NCBI RefSeq assembly: GCF_035084215.1
Contig: NC_090354.1
Span: 9,672,001 to 9,736,000 of the forward strand
Reading direction: 5' to 3'
Length of the DNA: 64,000 bases
From: Heptranchias perlo
Lineage: Eukaryota
Shown: positions 1 to 11,219 of the stretch, piece by piece
Layout: the number at the start of each line of letters is the position of its first letter
Numbering within the stretch: position 1 is the stretch's first letter
Notes under the pieces: model-generated
The model's input: only the letters and a program-made list of their open reading frames with translations
Database searches by the model: none
Told to the model about the DNA's origin: nothing
Made by a program: the position numbers and the translations under genes

Positions 1-937
1 AACTTGCATTTATATAGCACCTTTCACATCTGTTCCAAAGTGTTTTACAGCCAATGAAGTACTTTTTGAAGTGCAGTCACTGTTGTTTTGTAGGTAAAAG
101 TGACAACAATTTACCCACAGCAAAGTCCCACAAACAGCAATGAAATGAATGACCATATAATCTATGTTTGATGATGTTGATTGAGGGATACTAGGTTGAT
201 TCCAGGTATGGAAGGGTTGTCTTATGAGGAAAGATTGAACAGGTTGGGTCTATACTCATTGGAGTTTAGAAGAATGAGAGGAGATCTTATTGAAACATGC
301 AAGATTCTGAGGGGACTCGATAGGGTAGATGCTGAGAGGATGTTACCCCTCATGGGGGAATCTAAAATTAGGGGGCATAGTCTCAGAATAAGGGGTCGCC
401 CGTTTAAGACGGAAATGAGGAGGAATTTCTTCTCCCAGAGGGTCGTGAATCTTTGGAATTCTTTACCCCAAAAAGCTGTGGAGGCTGAGTCATTGAATAC
501 ATTCAAGGCTGAGTTAGACAAATTTTTGATCAGCAGGGAAGTCAAAGGTTATGGGGATAGGGCGGGAAAGTGGAGTTGAGGTAAAAATCAGATCAGCCAT
601 GATCTCATTAAATGGCGGAGCAGGCTCGAGGGGCCGAATGGCCGCCTACTGCTCCTATCTCTTACGGTCTTATGGATAAATGTTGGCCAGGAGACTGAGG
701 GAACTTCCCTGCTCTTCTTCAAGTAGTGCCATGGGAACTTTCACTCCATTTGAGTGGGCAGACAGGGCCTCAGTTTAACGTCTCATCTGAAAGGCAGCAC
801 CTCTGACAATGCAGCACTTCCTCAGTACTGCACTGAAGTGTCAGCCTATATTACATGCTCCAGTCCTGCCGTGGTGCTTGAACGCACGACCTTCTCACTC
901 GGATGGAAGAGTGCTACCACTGAGCCAAGGCTGACAC
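1..937 (-). mobile_element. tRNA-derived Deu-domain SINE (SacSINE1/AmnSINE-like), split by a CR1 insertion at 191-673
   Basis: Minus strand begins GTCAGCCTTGGCTCAGTGGTAG...GTTCAAGC (pol III A/B boxes), then a Deu-like core (CAGTACTGAGGAAGTGCTGCATTGTCAGAGGTGCTGCCTTTCAGATGAGACGTTAAAC) and an L2-like tail ending GCTATATAAATGCAAGTT at position 1. Confidence 0.75.
191..673 (+). mobile_element. 5'-truncated CR1 (HER1-like) LINE: ORF2 C-terminus and 3' tail
   Basis: Peptide LSYEERLNRLGLYSLEFRRMRGDLIE...FFSQRVVNLWNSLP is a typical CR1 ORF2 end. Tail GATCAGCCATGATC...GGGCCGAATGGCC. Flanked by the direct repeat GGATA (186-190 and 674-678). Confidence 0.9.
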
Positions 938-1148
938 AAAAATAGCTTCTGTTCACACGACAGTGAGGCCCCAGTCAAGCAAGTATGGAATGGTACTGGC
1001 CACCTACATTTCCACGGCATCACTGCCTCACCCGTGGACTCACGAAGCTGCATAAAAGCAAATTTCTCAGGATACAAACAGGAAGCTGTATTTATTTCCT
1101 TAAAAAAATACATTGAATAGGAAATAACAGAAAGAGAAAGAGACTCAC

Positions 1149-1293
1149 CGTCCCTGGACATGCCAACAGCAAGACACTTCTTAAAGCGGCATTGCTGACA
1201 GCGGTTTCTGTTGATTCGCATGATGGTACAGTTCTCATTCTTGAGGCACTTCTTGTACTGGATGTTCTGCTGAATGCTTCTCCTGAAGAAGCC
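1149..1293 (-). CDS. nr1d1: Rev-erb-alpha coding exon 4 (DBD second zinc finger); gene continues left of the window
   Basis: cag|GGC TTC TTC AGG AGA AGC... gives [48 protein letters not shown], ending G|gtgagt; 145 nt, phase 0 to 1. Confidence 0.93.
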
Positions 1294-2084
1294 CTGCAGG
1301 GGAAAACAAAAATACCTTGTGACAAGCCATCAACAAAAATTACATTTTTAGCTGACTAGTCAATGGTTAAGGGAGGTTTTTTTTTTAAATTAAGAAAGGT
1401 GAAGGGCCAAGGTCCAAACTGCAGGACACCGCCACGGTTCAGAAGAGCAAGGGAGAAGACAGATTAAATCAAGAAGCACTGGCTGAGTGACTGCACACTT
1501 GGATTTTAAAGATAATGAACGCCTCACAGCAGAAAGCAGCCATCATCTTCATGGCCATTCATGGACCCACCAAAAATCAGACTAAGATTGTGATTTCTGT
1601 GCTTGCGTGTAATCATCCGATCAGGCAAAAAAAAGGGCTGGGGAATGAAACATCATCCAATGATAGTATTGAGCTTTCCCAATCAAGTACAGAGTCTGTA
1701 CCTAAATTGGCAATGTAGTTCAATGCCAACCATTTCAGACTATATAGCTACAACATTTCATTCTTCTTTCTCTCAATCTCTAGCTTCTTGTAGCTGGGAC
1801 AATCATACCTATAAATGCTGAGTTCAAGTGGGTTTTATGTGTGCTCAATCATTTGCTTTGCATACTAACAGGTGTTAACATTAATTAAACTGAAAAGTTT
1901 GATTGCCTTGTGTATGATGTGTGTGTGTGTGTATGGATGTAAATAAGTATTAAATATGAATATAGACTTGAATGCATATATATACATTTATCCATGTGTA
2001 TGTGTTTGTATATATGTTTGTACATATATGTACACATGTCCCCTCCCCTAATTCTGTTCCTTCTTCTAAAAGTAGTGACTAATA

Positions 2085-2360
2085 TCTTGGCCAAGTGGCC
2101 ATTCTTTATGTTTGAGTCTAGGCAGTGAGTGTTAGCAGGCTATTCAGCTGTGATGGGGATCACACCTGAGAGACCAATCCTGGTCTCACCAGACATCCAC
2201 ACATGACCATCTTTCAGCAGTGTTCAGTGGATCGCGAGCAGAAGTTGGAACTCTGGCAGACTTTACCCTTTCTTAGCCCAGAGACCCTGAAGCCAATAAT
2301 CCTGCCCCAACTGAGATCGGCTAACTCATTGATTAAAGCTGGGAACTTCTGTGAATGGCT
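2085..2360 (-). mobile_element. Old SINE-like interspersed repeat, unclassified family B
   Basis: Reverse-complement similarity to the copies at 2790-3170, 32140-32560 and 59400-59705 (GAGTTAGCCGATCTCAG, CCAGAGTTCC, GGCCACTTGG motifs). Confidence 0.5.
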
Positions 2361-2519
2361 CAGCAGCAGGTCTCACGGTGCCTTTGCTACCTAAGCCATT
2401 AGGAGCATATTGTATGCATGTGTATCCACAGGCCCGTGTCTATACATATTCATGCACATATGTTGCATTGTGGATGCATAATGGTATGCTTTTCTCCTGT
2501 ACAAATGGGTGTAACTTAC

Positions 2520-2608
2520 CTTGCAACCTTCACAGGCGTGCACTCCATAGTGGAAACCAGAGGCCACATCCCCACACACTTTACACAGCAGAATCATTCC
2601 ACTGATTT
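2520..2608 (-). CDS. nr1d1: Rev-erb-alpha coding exon 3 (DBD first zinc finger)
   Basis: tag|AA ATC AGT GGA ATG... gives [30 protein letters not shown]|gtaagt; 89 nt, phase 1 to 0; NR1D-type [22 protein letters not shown]. Confidence 0.95.
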
Positions 2609-2789
2609 CTAGGTGAACGGAAACAAAAAGAAATGATGAGAGATTTCTTCAAAATGTAAACAGCTTCCAATGGTTTATTCTACAATCATCCCTAGAAAAT
2701 TGCAAATGGCTGATGCCTTTAGTATTAGCTTTAAGCAGGGCCAATAAGAGATTGTGGGCATGCAATGAGGATGTGACTTCACTCTCCTG

Positions 2790-3170
2790 GCACCGCACAG
2801 TGTGGAACTTGGCCACATGGGCCAAGAATAAGGACCAGGTTTGAGTCCCTGGTCTGTGCTGTTAGCTGACCTCAGGTGGGCTGGCGGGAGTGGTATTACA
2901 ATTGGCCACAATGGCACCCAGATTAGGGAAGGAGAATCAGCCAGGGTTCCTTCTCCTGATTGCAATCCAATGACCTCTGCTGGAAAATGCACCTGTGTGA
3001 GCCGGATGGAGTTCACCCATTGGCCCACCGCCCACCCAGTTGAATGGCTTTCCAACACTTGCAATCTAGGCTTGTACATTAAGGATGATCACTTGGGCCA
3101 GGTACAGGGTGAGACCAGCATCCTGGGAACACTGCCCAGCTTGGTCAGCATCTGCAGGTGAAGTGGGGAT
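2790..3170 (+). mobile_element. Old SINE-like interspersed repeat, family B
   Basis: CCAGGTTTGAGTCCCTGGTCTGTGCTGTTAGCTGACCTCAG...AGCCAGGGTTCCT...CCAATGACCTCTGCTGGAAAATGCA; the same motif order recurs about 10 times in the window. Confidence 0.55.
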
Positions 3171-3682
3171 GTAATTGAGGGGGAAAAAAAGAGAAGATGC
3201 AGCTCCCTTGTAAATAATCAACCATTCTACCTTTTAAAGAGCAAATGCCACCATCAGATAATAGAGATAAACCCAAAGCAAGTCAAATTTTTACAGCTTG
3301 CATGATAAACCAAACCATAAGCGCGCATTTATACAACACCTTTCACGTAACAGAAATCAGAGCACTTTACAAGACTGAGAAGAGGACACTAATGCAGGAA
3401 ACAGGATAGAATAAGAAGGGAACTGAAAGCACAGTTGAAGAATTAGTTTTTTAAAAAGCTTTTGGAGAAAAAGAGAGAGGTAGAAAAGCCATCTGGTTTT
3501 GGGAGAGCTTTAAAAAGCAGAGTTTAATGAGTAAAATAACTAGCCTCCAAAAAATACCATTCCTTATTAGTGTCTGCCCAAAATAAGAGTTCTTTATTAG
3601 TGGGGGGAGGTGGGGGGCATGCCACTTTAATTACACTCAGCAATGTCACACAGAATGAGGACAAGACACTGGGATTACTTAC

Positions 3683-3949
3683 TGGTGATTCCAGAGCTGC
3701 ATTTAGTGGTGGAAATGGTGTTTCCATCATCCGTAGAAAGCTTCAGATTGCTGAAGGACCCAGTGGTTGGACAATCCTCTCCGGATCCTGAAGAGCTACT
3801 TCTGTAGTGTTTGCCATCCTGGGAGCCTGAGCTGTTGGGAGACAGTGACAATGGGGAACACGACTGGAAACTACTGTTGGAGTTGTCACTGTACAACAGT
3901 ACTGGACTTGAAGAGGTACTGGTTGGTCCGATATAGGTGATCACTCCAC
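3683..3949 (-). CDS. nr1d1: Rev-erb-alpha coding exon 2 (Ser-rich A/B domain)
   Basis: ccag|GT GGA GTG ATC ACC TAT ATC GGA gives GGVITYIG...LYSDNSNSSFQS...SSGIT A|gtaagt; 267 nt, phase 1 to 1; GGVITYIG and LYSDNSN are NR1D1 hallmarks. Confidence 0.92.
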
Positions 3950-4231
3950 CTGGAATGGGAGGACAGGAAAATAAACACAGAGTTCGTGGAGTTAAGAGTT
4001 TTTAACATTATAGTGCTGCCCCAATGGCTCAGCTCCACGGTTAGAGAAAAGAAAATTAGCCAGATTTCATGCTCTGGCCATCAATGAGGAGGGTATCAGG
4101 CTTGGCTGTGATGCCTCCAATGACCAAATAGCCTTCTACCACTCCCTGTAAAGGCTCACAAAAGATTATATTTGGTGCTTCTGTAGTTTGGATCACCAGA
4201 ATCCAAATCTACAGATAGGTTAACCAAAAAC

Positions 4232-4457
4232 CAACAACTTGAATTTATATAGCGCCTTTAACATACTAAAACGTCCCAAGGCGCTTCACAGGAGCGTTAT
4301 CAAACAAAGTTTGACTCCAAGCCGCATAAGGAGATATTAGGACTTGGTCAAAGAGGTAGGTTTTAAGGAGCGTCTTAAAGGAGGAGAGAAAGGTAGAGAA
4401 GCGGAGAGGTTTAGGGAGGGAATTCCAGAGCTTAGGGCCTAGGCAGCTGAAGGCTGA
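4232..4457 (-). mobile_element. L2 LINE 3' end fragment
   Basis: CAACAACTTGAATTTATATAGCGCCTTTAAC...AAACGTCCCAAGGCGCTTCACAGG...GGGAATTCCAGAGCTTAGGGCC; same end as the L2 copies at 13127 and 60348. Confidence 0.75.
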
Positions 4458-5539
4458 CCTATGCTTACACTACTAAAACTGGCTCCCTTATCCCCATTAA
4501 AGAATCAGGGCAGTATTTTTGTGCGCCTACAAATCTGTTGTTTAGAACAGGAAGCCAGATGTGGCAGTGTAAGGGCGAAGAGACGGTGATCTCCCAGGAC
4601 CTGGGCATGAAATATAAAAGCACCAAATAATGGCCGTATGCACAAGGTACTGGAGAATGCATATTGTTGGTAGAACTATACTCCATCAAGCAGTCAACGT
4701 GATCAGGAGAGGGGAGGAAGAACAAAAATTGGCAAAAGAAAAAAACTGAAACTACAACAGCAGAATTCCATTCATTGAAAAGACGGCAACGACAATGAAT
4801 CTTGCCCCAGGAAAAATGACACAGAACAAGACTTGCATGTACACTCCCTTCTTTTAATGGGATAATTACGTATTGACAATCAAATCGCTTACTATATCAA
4901 GTTTACAGCTTATTTTTTTAAAATCCACTCAACCAAAATGCACCTAACTCAAATAGCAGGATGTCCTTGTTACCGTAATCTCTGGCTAAACAAGTGCCCT
5001 GCTATTATTCTGCCGAAACTGAAAAAAAAATCAGCACTGACTCAGATGTACTGGAAATCTACAAAACAAAAACAGGAAAAGCTGCAATTATTCAGCAGGT
5101 CAAGTAGCATCTGTGGAGAAACAGAAGTCAGTCAGTTAACGTTTCAGACCTGACTGACTTGTTTGGAACCCACAGATGCTGCCTGTCCTGCTTTAGTGTT
5201 TCAAGGCTTTTCTGTTGACTGAGATGGGGTTTTGGGGGCCCCATGCATTGTTGTAGGATTTTGCTGATCTCTGTCCTTATTGCAACATTCCAGCCTAAAT
5301 CATAACATTATACCTCAGGCACCCTGTAGCTGAGCTGAAGTTTTATTATGTTTGGCCGTGCCAAGGCTTACATTACATGTTTACAGTTTCACCAATGGGA
5401 TTGCTGCCAACTGTTTGAGACTCATTTGCTGCAAAACAAAAGTGCAGCAAAACACTTTTATGGAACACATCATAAAACTGGGCTTGGCTGCAAATTTAAC
5501 TGGGTTTGGCTGCAAACTTGTGTATTTAAGGTTTGTGCA

Positions 5540-5745
5540 AACCTCAGCCCATCTGCTGCTGAAACCCTCATCCATGCCTTTGTTACTTCCAGACTCAGCT
5601 ATTCCAATGCTCTCCTGGCCACCTTGCACCCCCTGTAAACTTGAGCTCATCCAAAACCTCGCTAACAATATCCTAATTCACACCAAGTCCTGTTCACTCA
5701 TCACCCATGCACTCGCTGACCTACATTAGTTCCCGGTCCGGCTCC
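5540..5745 (+). mobile_element. L2 LINE ORF2 C-terminal fragment
   Basis: LSPSAAETLIHAFVTSRLSYSNALLA is a typical L2 post-RT motif. Confidence 0.75.
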
Positions 5746-6879
5746 ATTATACCTTAAAATGGGTTACATAAATTTACTACAGCGTTGAGTCTACAGCCAT
5801 GGTAAGTAACTCAGACAATTGGCCACTAATATGAACAAAACCCCAACCAACCAACCCTGCATCAGCCAGGAAATGGCAAGTACAACATATCATTATCTTG
5901 CCTTTGACTGAATCCAGCCCAAACTTATTGAATTCAAATCTTCCCTTGTGACATAATGCTAAGTGAAATGACTTTGGACAATATCAATCCTGTTCCTACT
6001 GAGTTAGGTCCATAGCACAGAACTGTGCATTTCACTAATTTGACAACAGCACTCAACAGCCAGTGTTCAAAACAGAAATGTCACAATGGAGCAGTGGGGA
6101 CTGCTCTTCTCCTCCCTCTGCTGCTATAGGTGCTAATCCTATGTTAGAATATGGTTCCATAGGTGCAAACAGCCCTCTGGTACCTTGCCTACATAGCCTT
6201 TCTTCATGTGTGAGCCTAGGTATGAGTGTCAGTGGGTTATTTGATCACAAGGGACATCACAGCCATGGCCAATCCTATTTTAATCTAATGTCCACACATG
6301 CACGTTCCAATAGGAGTCACTAGAGAGGAGTGTGTGCTTTTTTTTTCTTCTCAAGTTAACTGCATTACCCTCAATGAGGACTGCTCCTCGAAGGCACTCT
6401 GCTGTTGTTTTGCACTGTAAGTAATCTGTACTATACCCGACTTGACAATACATAATGCTAAAACAGGGTGCGAACGGTGAAAAAAAAATCTATTTTTACC
6501 ACTGGTATCCCTCACCTTCAACGGTACAAAATTTATCAAAGTTAAATTACAGGGGGGAAAAAGGAAAATGGTTGGGAAGGGATGGGGAACTACAGTCCAG
6601 AGATTGGGAAATCGGGATGTAGGAATCCTATCACAACCCTACAACCCACCAAAAATTGACTGCTCAGTGCAAAGTTTAATGTTATACTCTCCACAATGCA
6701 TTAGGTGTCCCCTAGTAGAAATTAAATTTGCTGCATCGAGCAAACTTGGGGAAAATCCGCAAATCACACTGTTTGCAGCAAGCTGGTATAATTGAAAGCC
6801 GGTGTTTTATTTCATTTCAGTTTCCATTTCTCTTCCTTGCCAGCCAGCAGGGCGCGTTAAAAGGGCAAACAAACAAGAC

Positions 6880-7110
6880 ATCACGTTACTGCGCTTTCCA
6901 ATACCCAGTGAATGAAGGTTATTCCTGAGGCTTGGATATTAATAGAACGGTGGGAGATTGAGTCACGGGCTGATCCACGTGTCTCTGCAACGGAACCGTC
7001 CCGCCTCCAGAATGCACGTGTTGGGCAAATGAAAGGGGGGAGAAGGAGGAGGAGGAGGGCAAGAGCTGGGTCACCTCCCATTGCCAGATGTTGGGACAAC
7101 GATCACGTGT
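6880..7110. promoter_or_regulatory. Intronic E-box cluster in NR1D1 intron 1 (putative CLOCK/BMAL1 enhancer)
   Basis: CACGTG at 6976, 7015 and 7104; CACGTT at 6882; locally CpG-retaining. Confidence 0.65.
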
Positions 7111-7171
7111 ACTCTTCCAGGGAATGTGTGTGTTTCAAACTGGAAAGGGGGCGCCCCTCAAACATTGCTCC

Positions 7172-7998
7172 CAGGGGCAGTAAGGGGTGGAGGGGACAGG
7201 GGCAGTAAGGGGTGGAGGGGACAGGGGCAGTAAGGGGTGGAGGGGACAGGGGCAGTAAGGGGTGGAGGGGACAGGGGCAGTAAGGGGTGGAGGGGACAGG
7301 GGCAGTAAGGGGTGGAGGGGACAGGGGCAGTGAGGGGTGGAGGGGACAGGGGCAGTGAGGGGTGGAGGGGACAGGGGCAGTAAGGGGTGGAGGGGACAGG
7401 GGCAGTGAGGGGTGGAGGGGACAGGGGCAGTAAGGGGTGGAGGGGACAGGGGCAGTAAGGGGTGGAGGGGACAGGGGCAGTAAGGGGTGGAGGGGACAGG
7501 GGCAGTGAGGGGTGGAGGGGACAGGGGCAGTGAGGGGTGGAGGGGACAGGGGCAGTAAGGGGTGGAGGGGACAGGGGCAGTAAGGGGTGGAGGGGACAGG
7601 GGCAGTAAGGGGTGGAGGGGACAGGGGCAGTGAGGGGTGGAGGGGACAGGGGCAGTGAGGGGTGGAGGGGACAGGGGCAGTGAGGGGTGGAGGGGACAGG
7701 GAGGGGTGGAGGGGACAGGGAGGGGTGGAGGGGAGAGGGAGGGGAGAGGGAGGTGAGGGGTGGGGGGAGAGGGAGGGGTGGGGGGAGAGGGAGGGGTGGA
7801 GAGGGGGGAGCGGGGCAGTGAGGGGTAGGGGGGAGAGGGAGGGGTGGAGAGGGGGGAGCGGGGCAGTGAGGGGTGGAGGGGAGAGGGGGGAGCGGGGTAG
7901 TGAGGAGGGGAGGGGTGGAGGGGAGGGAGAGGGGCAGTGAGGGGTGGAGGGGAGAGGGAGGGGTGGAGGGGAGAGGGAGGGGCAGTAAGGGGAGGGGG
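7172..7998 (+). repeat. G-rich 25-bp minisatellite (GGGGCAGT[A/G]AGGGGTGGAGGGGACA), about 21 clean units followed by a degenerate G/A tract
   Basis: 25-bp periodicity is directly visible at 7172-7700; purine-rich decayed units continue to about 7998. Confidence 0.95.
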
Positions 7999-9447
7999 AA
8001 ATCTTTGCAGTCAGACCCATTTGGTTTGTGGTACAAAAAAGCACGGGATAAAGAGTTGCATTGCCACCGAGAGCAGCCCAGCACGGAGTGCAACACTCGC
8101 ACTTTGCTCATTTCGCCCCCCCCCCCCCCCCCTTGACCTGGATTTTTTTTATTACTACCGTACTGCAGCACGGGTTTGCTCCACTGCGATCCGACATAAG
8201 TCACCGCACCACCACAGGGCGTAGACACGCATTCCAACCGAGACCAGGCTGAGCCCCAGCACAAAGCTGGAAATAACACTGGCAATGCACATTCCCCGCC
8301 CCCTGACCTGGTTTGCTGCTGCATCTCAGGCTGTTTCTCCCCCAGCAAAACACGTTCTCACAGTACGATTAACTCTGCAGGCGCCGGACGCTCTGAATTG
8401 GGCGTTTGTCTCCTAAACATGTTTAAAAATACGTGGGCCGAGGTGCAGTGCGGCGCAAGAGACCATTCCGCACCCGACTCGGTTCACTTCAAATACAACA
8501 GCTGGTATCTCAAATATTTCACATTTAAATCAACTGGAACTCTCGTGCTGAACACAAAACACGAAGTGAATTTAAAACTACACATTTGAATACATGTAAA
8601 GTATTAATATTAAGTAGTGGTCAAATTGTCTATTTTTTCCCACTGGGATTTTGCTTATTTTTTCCAAGGATGGAAAAAAATGGCAGTGGCTGTTGTGTCA
8701 AAGAATTTGTCCAAAGCCGGACCTCTTCAAATTGGTATCAATTTGCACCTCTGGTAGTGAGCATGGCACCGATTGGGACGGGGAAACCATGAAATGAATG
8801 GGGGTTTGCTTGTTTTCAGAGAGTAAGGAAAGTATGAATAAGCTAAATACGTCCACCTAAAAATATCATTAGCCTGATTTTTTTTTTACTAGCAGTGAGC
8901 ACGTTCATTGAAAATGTAATTTCAATGAGTGCCCTGAGCTAATTTATTGAGATCTCTGACGTGCTGTGAAGAGTTTTATTTTCCTATTTGCCACAAGTTT
9001 TTAAAAGAATGTATGTGTATTTAATCAAATTCCACAGTGGCAAACCCAAATTGAAAATGCTACTGTTTATTTCGCCTACTGGAAATACTGCATGCCCGCT
9101 CCATGTGTGCAGTACTCCTCAATCTCTGCACTAACAGGTGTAAAAATAAAGGAGTAAATGCATTGCAAACCTCATAGAAACACTTAGAGCAATGCGTCAA
9201 AGAGTGGGGCATACAGAAATGAGCAGATCTGGGTTTCCTTCTCTTTACTTGGACATTACGTCATTCGGGGAGGGGGGTCAGGCTCCGAGTCCGTTGCTAC
9301 TTACTTGGCTTGGCCCTGCTCACCGCTCTATGTATAATTGTGTAATTGAATGGGCGGGAAGAGGAGGAGCATATACAAGGTGCACATGGCTAGGGAGCAA
9401 CGTCCATGTGAGTTTCAGCAAAAATAACCCGCACCTTACTCAGACTG

Positions 9448-9458
9448 TGACCTACTTT
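9448..9458 (-). promoter_or_regulatory. RORE (ROR/Rev-erb monomer site) in NR1D1 intron 1
   Basis: Minus strand AAAGTAGGTCA is an exact match to WAWNTRGGTCA. Confidence 0.55.
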
Positions 9459-10181
9459 GCAGGACTTGGAAAAATCAACAAGGGAAAAACATGGCTCACT
9501 ACATTAACATCCCAGTAACACTAACACAGAGCTGTCACGGTCATAAAACATGATCTCAATCACTTAGCACACTTCAAAATAAGCAAGAGACACGATCAAT
9601 CGTGGAGGAAGGACACACTGCACTACAATAATGTCCCAGTAACACTAACACAAACATCCGTCAAAAGAACACGTATCATCTATTACTCTGCGAAATGATG
9701 ATAGAATATAAAATGTGAAGCCCTTATTAATAGCTGACCCCGCCAACATAATAGTCCGGTCATTTCTAAATAGTACAGCCAACTTTTCGAGCAAGTAGTA
9801 ATTCTAGTGTAAAAAAAAATGGACAAGGTAATGGTGAAGTAGGCCAGCTTATCTTGTACGGTATATATTGTATACACAGATATCCAGGAATGTAACCATA
9901 GAGACTAAAGCTTAAGCTACAGCAATTTGAAAATATTAATCCTTATCTGCCCAAGTCACCGCCGTCATTTACTTAAACACACATAATCAGGTTATATTGT
10001 CACGTTACACAGCAAGCTCTAGTTTAGCGATTTGGTGTCAAAACACATACATTACAATGTTTGCGTCAACATGGTGCTTTCCAGACTTCAGTAACATGAC
10101 ATGCAGGAGTTAAATATCATTTACAGACACTTTGAAAGTAAAGCTATGTATTAGCAAAAAAAAAATAATCTTTTTCCATAC

Positions 10182-10200
10182 CTGTGTTGTTGGAATCCAT
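10182..10200 (-). CDS. nr1d1: Rev-erb-alpha coding part of exon 1
   Basis: ATG GAT TCC AAC AAC ACA G|gtatgg gives MDSNNT-G; phase 1 joins exon 2 (G|GT); resembles the NR1D1 N-terminus xDSNNNTGGVITYIG. Confidence 0.85.
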
Positions 10201-10454
10201 AACTGTCCTCCTTTGGGATTTTTCTTTTCCTCCTACTGACAACAAACTATTTCTAACCTGCGCGCTAACTGTTGGACAATTTGCCTGCAGGGTTTTATTC
10301 ACTGCTGGATGTTGCGTGTTGGGAAGGAGTTGTTGAGTTACTGTCCTTGAGCCAGGAGTTTCTGATTGTCAGTGCAGTTTTTTGCACAGCTCCTACCGAA
10401 GGTACCGAAATTCTACTGTAAGGACAATCTGGCAGAGCAGCAGTTGAGACAACC

Positions 10455-10960
10455 TCTCGGATTGGTTGGCCTGTGTGTGTAACAAAAAAAAAGAATCTCC
10501 TTGACGGGGCAGGAAGAGCTTCTTTAGATAACCTCTCCCAGATTGGTCCTCTTGCAAAATAAAAAATCTGCCCTCCAGGAGGGCAAGAGGGTCTTATCCT
10601 TCCCCCCCCCCCCCGACCCCGACACCTTGAAAAAAAATCCCTCTGCAACGGGGGTAGGAAGCGACGGCTGTCCCTGGAAAATTTGCACTGGCGCAACGGG
10701 AAGAGAGAGTTACTTTTAGCAAGAGCAGCCGAGCAGCAGATGAGAGAAGCTCTCTGATTGGAGGCAGTTATTGTTTCCAATACTTTGATTGAAAGCCAAA
10801 GATCAGGCAGAGTACCAAGTGTTGTGATTGGCTAATCTTTAGCTTTCATCGAATAGTATTCTCAGTGGCGTTTGTGTGGCTGAAGTAAAGGTAAATAAGA
10901 CTTTCATTGGTATATTTTTAACCTTAATGCACCTAATCTTTGCTATAGAATTGGTTCGTG
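10455..10960 (-). promoter_or_regulatory. NR1D1 5' UTR / promoter region with multiple CCAAT boxes
   Basis: ATTGG (CCAAT on minus) at 10461, 10542, 10757, 10827, 10906 and 10950, all in the same orientation upstream of the ATG; the TSS cannot be determined from sequence. Confidence 0.5.
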
Positions 10961-11219
10961 CATTTTTTTTTAACGTAAATGTTTGTGGACCGACACTTTT
11001 AATTTTTTTCCTTGGTCAAAACTAGACATATACAACGGGGAAAAAATATTTCCTATGCTGATAAGACATTACAGAAATGCTACTGTGTGAAAAGTTACAT
11101 GCAAAAGATTTTTAGCACATTCCTACAGGTAAGTTTGAACTCTGACAGGGAAAATACACTTACTGCTTTTTGGGTGGATGTTCCATATTTTTACTCCAAT
11201 CAATGTATTTGTGTATCTA

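Noticed and set aside
880-937. tRNA-like A/B boxes (also at about 21170, 35900, 45760 and 58700)
   Set aside because: These are SINE heads attached to Deu cores, not cloverleaf tRNA genes.
7103-8348. Long Pro-rich ORFs (313 and 396 aa) on the minus strand
   Set aside because: They are translations of the 25-bp G-rich minisatellite within NR1D1 intron 1.
9511-9653. 18-bp direct repeat CCCAGTAACACTAACACA about 124 bp apart
   Set aside because: Probably an old local duplication; no element features between the copies.
10295-10780. 161-aa minus-strand ORF upstream of the NR1D1 ATG
   Set aside because: Starts at a non-ATG codon, crosses homopolymer runs and the promoter/5' UTR, and has no recognisable protein features.
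10981-11012. Weak resemblance to the mammalian NR1D1 promoter RevDR2 element (AAAAGTGTCGGTCC on minus)
   Set aside because: The half-sites do not form a convincing DR2; cannot be supported without an alignment.
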